This document shows positions 24,381-38,312 of a DNA stretch of 64,000 nt, piece after piece. Each line of letters starts with the position of its first letter. Position 1 is the first letter of the stretch. The translations under genes and the position numbers were made by a program. The stretch comes from Callorhinchus milii. Taxonomy: Eukaryota. The notes below the pieces were generated by a model. That model was not told the origin of the DNA and did not search any database. It saw only the letters and a program-made list of their open reading frames with translations. The stretch covers positions 27,964,001 to 28,028,000 of the forward strand of contig NW_024704742.1 in the NCBI RefSeq assembly GCF_018977255.1, written 5' to 3'.

Positions 24381-27300
24381 TACTATTCTCTGTCAACTAT
24401 TATTATGTTATTTGTTCTTCCAAATAATAACTTTATAATGTCAGGTGGTTGGCACACCCATTTGAGCCACACATTTAGACTTGAACTCAGCATCTCTCGT
24501 ATTACAGTGCTTAGGTGCTATCCTTCGAAAGAAATGATAAACCAGTCCCATCTGCTTGTTCTGGTGGGGAGTTAATCTTTTCACGACAGTATGTTGAAAC
24601 ATGGGAGCTTTCCTTGTGTCATGTCTAATATTCCTTCCTCGTTGCAATAAAAATAATCACTCATTGCTCATTCATCTCATTGCTGGCTGTGGTTTAATGC
24701 TGGCACAGATAGTTGCCATGTTTCCCTACATAACCACATTTAATGTGCTTCAGAGTAACAGCAATGATGACGACAACAACAAAATTACATTTCTAAAGCA
24801 CCTTTCATGTTGGGAGGACGTCCCAAGGCGCTGGACTTGTGAGTGACTTGTTATCGATTCTTGATAATGCGTTTTGTCACTCTGGTTTGTATCTTTCATG
24901 CAAATGTGTTGCTGCATTGGTTCAAATCTCATCAGAACAAAGAAAAAGTGATGCAAAGATTGTACCTGAATACTGTATCATCTGGATAATAGCACAAGAT
25001 ATTTTTGGACATCTTATCCATCAAGTTTTCTAAGTATCCTAAGACATTGTCTTCCATTCTAGTGCTGGTGTATGTGTGCCACAGAACTGTCCATTGCCTA
25101 TTTATTGTAAGGCTTTATTTTCAGTAACATGAAAGTAAAATATAACTATTTGATTGCAAAAATGCTGTCACAGGCATGAAATGAATTCACATGAAAGAAT
25201 GATGTGAGCAACAGTCTTGGTGTATCTCACTCTTCCCATGATTTGAGCAGAGATGTAAAACAGTGGAGTGATCTTGAGACCATAAGACTAAATGGTTTTG
25301 AGTCATTTTTAATTATTTCTGACTGATAAACCAGTGTTAAAAGGTGCCCAGCAGCATTTAGTGATTTTTGCTGTCAATTCAGATTAATTTAATAAAGGGA
25401 AGGCAATACTATTTTCTGAATTCTAACAACAAAAATAAAGATGTTTTGCACTGGGGAAATATTCTTTTTCCCCAAACTATTTCCCTCTTTCCTGCTTGGG
25501 TATATATTATATATGTATTTTTTATATATATATACACTATATATGTATGGGTGTTGCAAGCTTCTTTTATATATCTATATAATAAAAAAGTCATAGAAAT
25601 CCATAATATTGAATACCCTTCATATACAATCAACTCAGATTCAGAAGGAATTCAGTTGGAGGATGAGTTGGTCACTGACCCCAGCGTGCGGTACAGTCAG
25701 TGATTGTGTTGGGTGTATTGAGTGCAGCTTGCTCAGTGTTGCGTCTTCGTTGGGGGGTGGCCTTCTTGAGTATATTGAGGCTGACAGGAAACAAGCTTAT
25801 TTGCACAGCCACTTATTTAGTGTCAAACCTTTTCTCTGCAGAATTTCATGCTTGGGCTGCATACTTCTTTTAGCAGCAGGCCTTACATTAGCAGGAAAAG
25901 GTTTCGCTGAACTTTCCATTGAGTCGACAAGAATCGTACTGTGTTATTCTCACACTCAGCTGGTGGCTTTGCTTCATTTTCAGAGTTTGTTGTACTTTTG
26001 CTTTCATCAATGTTAGATCTTTCAGAAGTATGAAAACCACTCACAATCCGATTGCTTTGCCAGGATAAAGAAGCAGGGGGCTGGTTATTGCCTTTCATTT
26101 TTCAACTGACTTTGTTAGGAAGTTTTTTTGGGGGAAAATAGCAGAACATTTTGTCTCTGAACACCAAATTCTGGCAGAAGTTGTAACCTGCTGTTGAAAC
26201 CCAAAGTCCTGAAATGGAACAAGACCGAGTGAGAATCCAACATCTATATTGAGATGAATAACTTATATAAGGTTTATACAGAGAGAAGTGCAAGGATGCT
26301 TACATTTATTGCCCACCCCACCTTCTCCACTCAGTTAACTCGGGTCCCCTGTCCTTTCCAGGCCACAATCAGTGGCTGAGCCTTCAGATCCTATGCTCCT
26401 CGCTTCTGGAACTCCTTCCCTTCAATCTTCCATCCCTCCTCTTGTTCTGTCTTAATGTCCCGCTTCAAACCTACCTCTCCAAACATGCTGATTGCCACCT
26501 TCGCTTTCCTTGGATTCTATCCATTTCTACCAGGAACCTCGCTTTCACATCATCAAAAAACACTGAATTGGAAGCAGCTCTTCAGTCCATTAATCCAGTT
26601 TCTTCAACAGATCATCTACAATTAGAAAGCCTAGAACAAGAAAAGGGCATATACACCATAGTCCATATGAAAATTGCCTCCAAATTCTTCTATTCTCTCA
26701 CTTTCTAGCATTCAAATCTAGGTTCCCTCCCTCCGCAGACACTCTGTACACCCTTTTGGTACAAGCAGCACAGACAATGTGTTTACCTCAGAGCAACTGA
26801 TACAATATTACCAGATTTTTGGGAGTCTGTTCCCCCAATGCACTATGTAGGAGGGAAAAGTGATTACCCTGGATTCTGCCCTTTTTTAAAATCTATTGGG
26901 GAAAAATCCTCAATGACAATCCAGAATATCATTTCAATACTCATTCCTCTACAATTCGCTTTGAGATGTCCTGCCGCCAGGAAAGGTGATATACCATTAT
27001 CATTGTTATTAATTGGTTGGATTTCACAGATGAGGTTTCCTTCATTGCAACACCACATAACATTTGAGTTGAGGATAATGTGAACTAAGATTGCCACTAT
27101 AAATTGAGACATTACTTGTTTACAGAAAGGACTTGCATTTTTATAGGTTGAAAAGTACTTCATAAGTGATTGCTGTCCAATGAAATTTGATGATTTGCAT
27201 AAGCAAACATATCAGACATTTGCAGTAGCATGTTCCTTCAAACACCCAAATGGTGAATCTGGAGGGTTGCTGGTCAGGGCACCTAAGAAACAGACAGGTT

Positions 27301-27477
27301 GGACCCTGATTTAACATTGAATCTCAAGGTCAGTAACTCCAAAAATTCAGAACTTTTCCTCCAGTGCTGAAATAGCATATCAACCTAGACCATAGGATCA
27401 GTCTTTTATCCACAACCTTCTAACCAGAAGGCACGAGGACTACCAAGTGAAAAATACCAGCAATAAGGCTTGGTTTA

Positions 27478-28460
27478 TAACAACAACAACAACAAACAAC
27501 AAAATCACATTTGTATAGTGCTTTCACGTCGTGAGGATGTCCCAAGGCGCTGGGCTGTCAGTGTTTTGGACCTGAGCTGGGGTTCGGAATTGGAGAGGAT
27601 GGAGGGCAATGGGGGGGAAGGACAGTGACTGAAGGCACAGTCAAAGAGGAGGGTCTTGAGAAGGGTCTTCAAGGAAACAAGGGAGGGGATGAGGCAGAGG
27701 GACTGATGGATGGAGTTCCAGTGGATGGGGGCAGAGTGGCAGAAAGCCTGCCTGCCAATGGTGGGGCGTGCGAGGCCTGGGACGTGAAGCAGGCTTGAAC
27801 CCGCTGAGCGGTGGGAGCAGGCAGGTTGGCAGGGGGTTAGGAGGTCGCAGAGGTAGGGGGTTGCAAGGCAATGGAGGGCTTTGAAGGTGAGGACCAGGAT
27901 TCTGAACTGTATCCTCTGTGAGATGGGAAGCCAATGGAGTTGGGCAAGGATGGGGTGATAGGGTCACGGAGCCTGGTGCGGGAGAGTTCACAGGCTACAG
28001 AGTTCTGGATGATCTGCATCTTATGGAGGGAGGAGTCGGGGAGGCAGACAAGCAGGGAGTTTGGTTAGTCGAGCCTGAATGTTATGAATGTGTGTATGAG
28101 GGTTTTAGCGGCTCGTGGTGTAAGAGAGATAGAGTTGGGTGTTATCCACGTACATGTGGAAATTAACCACATGCTGGCGGATGATGTCACTAAGAGGGAG
28201 CATATAGATATTGAAAAGGAGGGGTCCAAGGACAGAGCCCTGAGGAACTCCGCACAAGACAATGCGGGGCCTATAGGAGAAACCGTTTGTGAAGATGAAG
28301 TGGAGATGGTATGAGAGGTATGATCTGAACCATTCAAGGACAGAACCATGAATGTTAGGGTGAGAGGAGATGCAGTGGAGAAGGATAGAGTATTCAAAGG
28401 CAGCAGAGAGGTCAAGGAGGATGAGGAGGCAGTGGGAGCCCGGGTTGCAGATGGACAAAA
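27478..28460 (-). mobile_element. L2 retrotransposon, 5'-truncated with an internal deletion
   Basis: [48 protein letters not shown] joined directly to AAKTLIHTFITFRLD; (CAA)n at 27478-27502. Confidence 0.93.
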
Positions 28461-28559
28461 TGTGAGAATTTTGTCATTATTTGGAGGATGTTTTGAACAC
28501 TCTTATTAATGTGAAAATGACACTTGCTGACAGCAGTAGATAGTTAAAATCTGCCCCAT

Positions 28560-28826
28560 CATTGGGATGTTGGGCCTTCAGCCTTTCTGACCCTACTTTC
28601 ATCTTGGAGGCCCTTTGCCTCGCTCTTTCCTTCGTCTCTTTCAAGGTCCATCTCAAGACCCTTCTCTTTGATTGTACCTTCGGTCATCTTCCCACCCCCA
28701 CCCCTTTGGCCCCCACCCATCTTGAATCCAATCCCTAGCTCATGTGCAAACCCCGACTGTCCAGCACCTTGGGACGTCCTCCTGACATGAAATGCGCTAT
28801 ATAAATGCAATTTATTGTTGTTGTTG
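28560..28826 (+). mobile_element. L2 3' end fragment
   Basis: GGGCCTTCAGCC..TTCAAGG..CTCAAGACC..GGGACGTCCTCCTGACATGAAA..(TTG)n. Confidence 0.85.
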
Positions 28827-29294
28827 AAAGATAGGAAAGTGATGTTTGCCTACCATATTTGTGAATTTTTATATCCACTGATAGCATTGAGCATCTACAT
28901 TACACATCAAGTAAAGTGAAGATTATCTAAAATTAGAATTACCTTTTTATCTCCATTGTTAAATTATATCAATTTAATCACCAGCCAACAGTTTGACTGC
29001 ACAGATCAATATTTTCACTTGAGCTTCTGCAATGCCATTCTCAAATTAATGTCATTTGCTTTCTGCTGTTGCATATTGCTTTAAGACTTAATTGGCAATT
29101 GGACATTGACGAGGAGAAGCAAGCAAGTATAAAAGGATGCTGGGAAAGTGACTGGGCAGATTGTGGAAAAGAGTGGAAGTGTAAATAAAGGAACCGATGA
29201 ATCTAAACCGTGTTTTGGATTTACAAGCATTACATCTGTTTGGCTCAGTTTGCACTCTTGCCTCTAAATCAGAAGGTTGTGGGTTCAAGCTCCA

Positions 29295-29610
29295 TAATAG
29301 TAATAATAATAATCCTTGTATTTGATATAGCGCTTTTCACGTCTTTTCGACGTCTCAAAGTGCTTCACAGAGTATGCTGTAAAGTGAATTGACCATATAT
29401 TTGTGGGCGAAACGCAGCAGCCAATTGCACACAGCAGTGTCCCACAAACAGTCGTGGATTGAAAATGACCAATTTATTATTTTTGTTTTGGAGGGATTAT
29501 TATTAGGCGTGTGGAGTAAGGAAACTTGCCCAAGGTTTCGCCCTGCCTGGAATTTAACCCAGGTGTCTCGCTTGCAAGGCGAGTACTCTAACCACTGAGC
29601 TACAGGACTC
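29295..29610 (-). mobile_element. Young tRNA/CORE SINE nested in an older + strand Deu SINE (head ~29238-29293, body ~29680-29975)
   Basis: Full young copy flanked by the tRNA head and the Deu core of an older SINE. Confidence 0.88.
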
Positions 29611-32241
29611 AGTTCTATGTTGACCATTAAACTTTCAACTTTTTCAAAAAAAAATTCATGTTGGGAATTTGAACTCATTATTGGTGGGGTTGTCCTTCGA
29701 ATGAGAAGTTAAACCAAGGCCTGTCTGCTTGTTCAGGTGGATGTTAAAGATCCCATGACATTATTCGGAAAGAGAAGCAAGTTTCTCTCCGTGTCCTGGC
29801 CAACAATCCCTCATTCACTTCATGGCTATTTGTAGGATATTGCTCTGTGCAAATTGGCTGCTGAATTTGCCTACAAAATAAACTGTCACTCCACCTCACA
29901 CAGCATGGATATGTGAAGTGAATTGAGACATAATCCTGAAGGTAAGGTGCTGAATTAAATATAGAGATTATTATTTATTATGATGATGATAATGATGGTG
30001 CGCATCTGCTCTCTGATCCAAATCCAATCTCACGTCGCTCACAATTCTCAGAAAGAGGAAGTGTCTCGTTCCACAAACCTGGGATATTCAGACTGAGGAT
30101 TTAGAGGTTGAAAGTTCAATGGTCTTACATTTTACCATGAAATAAAACAATTACCGGAACCACAACATCTCAGAATTGGAGTTGGCTGCAGCATAAAGGA
30201 TTATTGTTCATTCTCTTCCACCGAAATATCATTTTGTAACTAGGCCTAGCTCCAGAAATGTACTCAAGTATCTGAAGTAGACAATAGAGGGTTAACCAAT
30301 TGTAAGTGTAGCGGTGCAATAGAGCTGTGGGGAAGTATTCGTATCACTAACAAATTTATTGACATAAGTGCCATTGCACATTTCAACAAGTCTATGATGG
30401 CAGAAATCTTCAAAACAACTAATTATACATTAAAAGCAGAGCTAAAAAAAGCCTTCCAGGGATACAAAACTTCAAAGGCTGGCAGCTCTTCTGAGGATCT
30501 TGGTGACCTTTGATCTAGGTCCATGTTTAAGATGACGGATGTAATTCTGGGTGCAACATATGAGATCCTACATGGAAACTCTGTTGACTGCCTGCATCAA
30601 AACATACACACGATCAGTGTGGTTAAAGGATTTAGAGATGCAAACATTTTTCAAGTAAGCTATTAAATCCTTTTTTTTAACAACTTAATTCTGCTCCAAC
30701 TCCAAGTGTGATCCAAAATTTATGAATTCTGATTTTTGTTGTGTTGTATAATTTCAAAGTGACAGCATCCCTTTATTTTACATTAGTCAAGGCTGCGGTT
30801 CAATTCCATCCGTACACAGGAATTTCTTTAAAGATATGCTGATGCAAAAATGTTCCATGCGATTTCTTTAACTAATTTGTTACACTGAATGGGTTTCTCA
30901 GCTTTGAAGAACTCTGTGAAGCTCTCTTATTATCATACCCAATTTAGGATGCAAAGAAGGTTTCAGCATCAAGTAGGATCACAAGAGAAATTGAGGGTAC
31001 AAACAGAATTCTAAATCGGATGAATACAAGACCAAGGGAAAATCCTCCACTGTAAGAAGATAAAATAAAATGTTGAGAGAGTGGGGAGTTGGGAGATGTT
31101 GCAGAGAGAAAAATAGAATAACATGGAAAAAGAACTAAAGGTTTATCTCAAAGGGCAAAGCTGTGGGCTACCCACATGCTGATGTATTCAAGCAGCTATT
31201 TAGCTCTTTATACTTTGTCTGTGTCCGAAAAGGTTTCAATGTGATTACATCTGAATTTCAAGTTACACTTAGGTGGTGGTGGGCAGGAGTGGGGGGCTGG
31301 GGGGTGTGGTCATTCGAGAATAAGATATTGAACACGTTAATTTGTAAAATAAAATGGAACAAATAATCCTGAGATGCGTATGAAACAGTATGGCACATGG
31401 AATTCTACGATAGCCTAATATAAAACAGCAGAGTAATGAACGGGTTTGACTGCAGGCACAGTTTTCTGCCGTGCAAGGTACAAAAATTCTTCTCAATATT
31501 TCATTTGGACTCCTTAGTGGAATCGGAGATCTCTTAAACTGAAGGACAATCCTGAATCCGCGGGAATCTCTTTACTCACCACTTCTGAGATCCTCTCCTC
31601 GTTGAAGGACATAAATCATTTTATAAGTTTGCAGTTCTCTGTATATCAACAGGTGGCTGCACGCTTTGTTTTTGTTCTCTCTTTCGTGAATTCGTCGAAT
31701 TTATTTTGCCCACAATTGTTTTTTTTTTCAAATTGCAATTTCCAATGGGATTCCTTGATAAGTCCCAGATGGGGATGGTAATCAAAAGGACATCAGGCTG
31801 ATGTGGGGGAACTTGGCTCCAGATGTAGATCTTGTTGAGATAATAATATAAGAATCTTTGCAATTGATATAGTTTTATCGCGTCGTTAAGATGTCTCCAA
31901 GGGCTTTACAGAATTTTTGTAAAGTGAATTGACTCTATTTTGGGGGTGGAAACACGGTAGCCAATTGCGCACAGCATTGCGCTAGAACAGAACAAGTAGC
32001 AAAGGGTAGGACTTTAGTGCAACACTTAGCCTCAGTTCCTGGAAGCAGGCTTTCCATTGATCGATTGCAGCATTGCAGTCTGTGCGTTCATTCTTAGCAC
32101 AATTTATTATTATTTTTACAAGTTGCTGTAAACCAATTCGGAATTTCAGTGATCCTATATCCATAAATAATGTATCTGCTCTGTTCATTTCTTTGGTTTT
32201 TGGAGAGGGATTTACTCCTTCCCCCCTAGCTTTAATTCAGA

Positions 32242-32769
32242 CTAGCTGTGCATGTTGATGCTTTGCAACCAAAGAATCCAATGTAGAATGTAGGTTGACA
32301 CACAGACAGACATTTTGTCTTTATACTCAGCTGGGAGGACTCTTATGGGAAGAGTTGTTTTGGGAGGACTCCTTTAATATATTCTCTCTCACAGTACCTC
32401 TCTCACTATCTCAGTCTCTCTCGCTCAGACTCTCTCTCTGTCTATCCCGCATGGGAGGTCTCCAGATCTCACGAAAACCAGAAAAAAGGCCATATATTTG
32501 TTGCAGAATATAGACGTATCTCTCTGAATGGTGTGTGCTTTTCTTTGTCGCTACATAGTTAGAGAATATGAAGCATACCTCATTTTGGGGGCATAATTAA
32601 AGCATTTTTTAATATAGCTCATCAGATAGGAGACCCCCCCCAAACAAATATGCCCATGATACTGTCAGATGCAAGACCTTTCCGATGAAGTATAAATCAA
32701 GTCTCTATGTCAATTGGTTATTGTGTGGGATACACAGACAGACAGACACTTTGTCTTTATTAGTATAGA
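32242..32769 (-). mobile_element. Non-autonomous Helitron
   Basis: Minus strand starts A|TCTATACTAATAAAGACAAAGTGTCTGTCTGTCTG and ends ..CACAGCTAG|T (AT target, no TSD). Subterminal hairpin ATGCTTTG-CAAC-CAAAGAAT at 32258-32277. Confidence 0.72.
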
Positions 32770-34504
32770 TAAGTTCACCCAGTTTGTAAATTCCCATTTG
32801 GTTCTGACTCATCCTATGATGCGCAGCTTGAGCAATCGATCAGTAGAAAATTCAAGAGACTCACTTTATTTTTTAATGTCAATGCCATTTTCCTTCAAAC
32901 ATTATAGAACATTTACTTCTTAAATTAAGCCGCCCGGCGTGAAAGGCGCAAGATAAATCCTTGTTGTTGTTATTAATTTGATTCACCATCATAATAGTTT
33001 TATCATGATTATATTTAAAAAAATAAAATCCTAAATGGCTTGGTGTGTTTTGAAGTTTTGAATAAATGTGAAAAATCCATTTTGAATGTGAAAGCCTGGC
33101 TCTAAAAACTAACTGTTGCCTGCCAATACAGAGGAAAAGGTTTCAGAGAAGAATTGAAGCATTTCCTTACTAAATTGCACTGAAGACTATGAATTCTTTA
33201 AATATATATATTTAAAGCTCTGTAATGAATTATAGCTATGTAATGAAGAACCACTAAAACCACGAGACACCCATAACAATGTTAGGGTGGTTATTCCCCT
33301 CAGTAGTTCCTACTATCTGTGTTCAAATGCATTAAACCAAACAATGATGCTGCATCAATATTCGACCACTGAGCAGTAAATTCTTTCTGCATACAGTAGT
33401 ATGGCTCACATAGGAACATTTTTGAATTGAAAATAACCAGATGCCCGCAGGAGAAAATTGTCCTATTTAGATTGAAAATGCATTTCTCCTTCCGTTATGA
33501 AACACTGGTGATAGCGATACTTAATCATAAAAAAAACAACAACAAAGTTGTGTCCATGGTGCAAAAGTACGCTTGATATTGACTGAATTATTTTTTAATG
33601 CGCAGTTTCACAAAACACCCAGCTTCTTTCAGATGTTTTTTTTCTTTTCAGTTCAGTCAGAAAGTTGTGGTGTGTTTGAAAATTAGTACTCTTGAGGTTC
33701 CTTTCAGCTCCTTTTCTTTTTAGCTGTGTTTTGCTTGCCAATTATAGGTGGAAAACCTGCATGTATTGGAATATGTTGCCTGCAGGAGGGATGCTTTACA
33801 ATTGCGAGAAATTGGTGGAAATATCAAGGAAATCCTGTAGAGGGTCAGTTTACCACACCTCCTCCCTTCTTTTGTAAGACTCTTTGATAAACCAGAATTT
33901 CTCCATCAAAACGATGGCTACCCCATGAGAAGGGAACCATATGAAACGCATTTTTGGAACAATCAAATTTCCTCCAAGGCGCCCTTTCTAAATATCTTTG
34001 TTGTGTGTTCATTCGTCTTGCCAAAGGAAAAAAGGCCAGTGTGTTGAGATCGAATAGTCAAAATATGTTAATATTTTGGAGGCGCAAGCACCAGATCAAG
34101 CCTTCTCAGGATAAGCAAGGAATGTGATAATTTTGTCAGTGCTAATTCATATTCATAAACATTAAAAGAAACTGTTTGATATAAAAAAGATAAAATTGAA
34201 ATATGTGCCAATAAAATGATTTGTAAAAGGTACATTTTTTAATTAAATTTGGCAACTATTGTTTACTAAGCAATATGTTCATATAAATGACTTCAAATAC
34301 ATTTTTCTTAAGTGCTTCCTAGCCTCATTTATTGTAGTAATGGACATTGCACTAATGTATTGGAGAACTTAGTCTACACAAATTGACACAGAACTAAGCA
34401 AGGAAGCAGCAGATTTTAACATGTATTTGTTATTTAACATTTATATAGAATTTAATATCAACGCCGAATAAAACCCAAGGAGAGTTTAGGACAATTTATT
34501 TGCA

Positions 34505-34710
34505 CAAAGAGAGGTATCAGGGCATGGAATATGACGTTTGAAGCAGAATCCATAAAAGCTTTTAAAAGGGAATTAGAAAAATATTTGAAGAGGTGAATTT
34601 TTGAAAGTTAGGGGAAGCTGAGAGGGGGGTGTGAGACAAATCAATAGCTCTTTAGAGACACGCGATGAGCCAAAAACCTACTCCTGTACTGTAAATTTTT
34701 ATGATCCTTC
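34505..34710 (+). mobile_element. CR1 3' end fragment
   Basis: CACAAAGAGAGG..TGGAAT..TTTAAAAGGGAATTAGA..CTACTCCTGTACTGTAAATTTTTATGAT, typical of a CR1 3' end and tail. Confidence 0.65.
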
Positions 34711-35140
34711 ATTCTACGGTCTGTCAGACAGAATCAGTTTAGTTATTGCCATTTCAGTAATGTTTGGAATGCAAAATGTACATCATTTATTTACTGGATT
34801 TTGAAACGCTCAATTTGTCATGTAAAGCATTACAAGTTAGAGGCTTGAAGGAGTTTAGGGATGGGGCAGGGCAGTCGGATTGAAAGTAAACTTGCTCTGA
34901 GCTCATGCAGACCCATGAGGCTGAACAACCTCCCTCTGCTTTGTAAATATCTATGATTCTATGAATCTTAGAGGAACAGTATACATAAGGAGATAACTGC
35001 AACATGTTAAACCCACTAGGGGAATGAGCACTTTTGTGCATATATATTTTAAAAATATTTTTCATAAAACATCACATTTTCTATTTGTTTCCTCTATGCT
35101 GAAGCTGACCGAGTTTCCAAACCATTCTGCCCAGTATCTG

Positions 35141-35470
35141 TTTTTTTTTGGTCAACCAGCGCCTGTCAGATGTGAAAACTTATCGCCAAGTTTAAGAGTA
35201 TCCAAACCCAGGTTGAGAGTTACAGGTATGTATACCACCTACTTTCACTGTATCTGGAATGGAGTGTGCACTCTCTCCTCAGAGGGATGCACATGGCTTG
35301 TCCAATTCCCATATTAGTCACAGGTTGGCAAGGCATAATGTGCGGTGAGGTACTGCTGGAGTTTAACCAGCGAAAACCAGTTGGTAGCTTACTACTGAGA
35401 GCACTGTCTAACAAACATCCTGCTGCTTGTCCAGTGAAGACAACTCTCTGCATGAAAGCTTTTTCTTGCA
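35141..35470 (-). repeat. Unclassified dispersed repeat, copy 4
   Basis: T-run followed by GGTCAACC..AAGAGTATCCAAAC..CTGCTGGAGTTTAACCA, the reverse complement of copies 1 and 3. Confidence 0.75.
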
Positions 35471-36489
35471 AAGTTACCAGGCGATGAAAGGGAGGAATCA
35501 CTCTCCCCAATTTGTGTAATGGATGGATTGCTGACTGGATGAAGTCAGAAGAGCTTCTCCTCAGGTTTCCCCATAAGCATCAATAGTTAGTGAATGATAG
35601 AAATGTGCACCGAATCCAGTGCCTACAATGTCTGTATCTCTGTCTATTTGCATGAAGTGTGTGTGGGAGTGAGAGCACGTCTCTCTCTATGCCTCTTCAA
35701 CAATTTGTATGTGTGTACTGTTAAGTACTATGTATCCTCTCTCTCTCTATGCCTATACTTGAGTGAGTGCATGTGTCCCTTTCTGTAACCCATTATTTAG
35801 AAGGATCAGATCTCTCCACCGGCCACTGCTTGGGAACAATCACAAATCTGGTAACCATGTATAACAAAATCTTTTCATCAACATCACAGCCTGACTTTAA
35901 TTCTGCATGAAAGCTCAGATGCAGATAGTCTGTGTACTGTTGTGCAGCACTCCATGTATTCACATCTGGATGGAATGAAGCCAAAGTACACTTCTGTGAT
36001 GTGATGAACCACACCAATCAGTCCCACTATTTTAATAGGTGAGATTTTCCCATCTTCTGGTGTGCTTATTTGTCATAATCTCTATTGCATTAGAACATTT
36101 ATTAATACGAATAATAACCAGAGGAAGGAAGGATGCAAACTGAGCATTTCCTCTGGTACATAATCTATCTAGGTAGAGGGGCAATGCAGCATGTACTAAT
36201 ATTACTAGTGATATTAAGGAATAAATGGAATAAAGAAAAGTAAATACTTATTTCTGAGTTGGGGGAATAATACACCCCAATACCAGTGTTAGCTCTTGGC
36301 AGCTTTTGATCAATATAGTAATTATAGTTAGTGATAACATGATGCAATTTTCCCCCAGCCCCTGCCCCCATATTTTGAAAATAAAAACAAAGTGTTTTTG
36401 GAGACTTGTCCAGTTGAGGATATTATAGTACAGCCCTGTTATAAAGTGCTTCACTTAAGCTTACATTTGCTTATAATGTGGTTGCACTG

Positions 36490-36810
36490 TGGACATTGTT
36501 TACTGTGAATGTGTGAAGCCAGTCGGCCAGCTTCCATTGCACTCGTTGGCTTTTTGCGCTAAGGTCACCAAATGGTCTCCAACCTCACTTCCTGCTTTGC
36601 TATACATCCGGAAAATAGGAAACAAAGCTGGAAAAGATCTGATGGTCTGAAAGGCCATTTTGATTTGCCAACGACAATGTCATTTTCTGCATTGCTCATG
36701 CGCAGAAACCAGGAAGTGATGCAGACGGTGATCCAATAAACGAAAGTCAACCAGTTTTCGTTTAGGGGAGGAAATCAACCAGCATGCAGGAAGTGAGTCA
36801 ATCGTGCTCA
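36490..36810. promoter_or_regulatory. Candidate enhancer, ETS-site cluster
   Basis: CACTTCCTG at 36586, CAGGAAGTG at 36710, CAGGAAGTGAGTCA (ETS+AP-1) at 36787, further GGAA cores, IRF-like AAACGAAAGT at 36738, FOX TGTTTAC at ~36497, in non-repetitive DNA. Confidence 0.45.
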
Positions 36811-37994
36811 TTTACAGTAAAACCTGCTATCACACTTCATTTTCATACAGATTGTGATTTTATGGATCCGAAACCTTGTGTTTCAATAAAGCTCCACTGT
36901 ATTCCTTTTCCCATCTTTTAAGTATTGGTTGAACACCTTGGCTGCACCACAGAAGATGGTTGTTGGACTGAAGCTCTACAGCAGCTATCACGGCAACCAT
37001 TAATATCCTTTTTATGTTCTGTACCAGCTAAATGTTAAATCTTAGCACAGTTCAGCAACCTATTCTGAAATCATTTTTTAAAAATGCTGTGTGTAACAGC
37101 GGACAATAACTTTAGCTCTTTAATGTAGTAATATTTCCAGCGTGTTCATAAAGACTTTCTGCAATAAATGATTCCATTGTATAAATCATCGTAAGCAGCC
37201 ATATAATCCTGCCATGAATGAAATTAAAATCAAACCAAGTGAGTGGAGAATAAAAATAATTCTCAATAGATATGTCTGCAGAAATGCCCCTGATACTATG
37301 CCACCATTTCTTCTGCTGTTTCTATGGTGATTTGGGCACACCTTTGTACATATCATCAAATGTTATCTGCAACCAAATTTGTTTCAGTTTGCAGTGCTGT
37401 GCAATAATCATTTCTGGAGTCTTGACTAATTAAATGCTGCAGTCTGATATTGTGTCTGCATGTTTTCTTCTGGCAAATTCTGTTCAGTTAATAGGTTTCT
37501 CTGTTCCTGCGTGTTTCAAAGAGCTGTCTGCAGATACTTTGCTGAGTACAGTTGGCTGTTATTAGAAATTTTGGGAGACAGGCTGTGCAAAGCAGAGATG
37601 CAGTGTCACACCTCTCTAGTTCCCCTTTTACAGTTAGTGAAAAAGCCCCCCAAGGACTTAATCATTGAAAGGTTATGTTACTGGCATTAAATTAAACAGG
37701 ATGCTCTTTAACCACAGATCTCCGCTAATGTATTAGCGGCTGCCCACTGATGGATGTAAACCTTTCACACAAGTAGCAATATAAGTAAACTGGGTGGGCT
37801 TGCTAATAAATATGGGATATTGTGTTAAAGATGAGCAATTCAAATTAACTCACACTTGAAATTCTAAGCATTGGGCAGTGCAAATCTAACTTCAGTTAAT
37901 AAAAGGATGTTAGCAAACAGCAGGAGGCCAGCAAAATCTCCTCAGACTTGATTTGAATTAACACCCTTTCTCCTGTGTCACTAATATGTTATTT

Positions 37995-38312
37995 AAGGTG
38001 TCATCTCAGATGGCAGCATTCTCACCTCCGAGGTAGATATTTGTGCCCCATATCAGGACTTTTAGTTTATAATTTTGGCTGACTTTCCAATACAGTGCTG
38101 AGCAAACATTGTAGTGTCGGTGGTCTTGTCCTTCAGATGAGACTTGAAACAAAGGTCTGCTCTGCCTCTTCAAGGGAACATTTACAGATCCCGTGCACTA
38201 TTTGAAAAGAGAAAATAATTTTCCACAGTGTCCTTAGCAATAATCCCCAGATAAAATAACATTGATCATTCTGTTTGTGGGACATTGCTGTGCGCAAATT
38301 GGCTGCCATAGC
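37995..38312 (+). mobile_element. Deu-domain SINE, degenerate
   Basis: Head CATTCTCACCTCCGAG, core CCTTCAGATGAGACTTGAAAC..GATCCCGTGCACTATTTGAA..GTGGGACATTGCTGTGCGCAAATTGGCTGC. Confidence 0.75.

Noticed and set aside
25600..26215. Minus-strand coding or terminal exon behind the acceptor TTCCATTTCAG
   Set aside because: All three frames stop within ~40 codons, and the downstream ORF pieces resemble nothing I recognise. A non-coding exon cannot be excluded.
31570..31645. Minus-strand exon ending at a GTGAGT donor
   Set aside because: The donor is good, but I found no recognisable peptide or partner exon.
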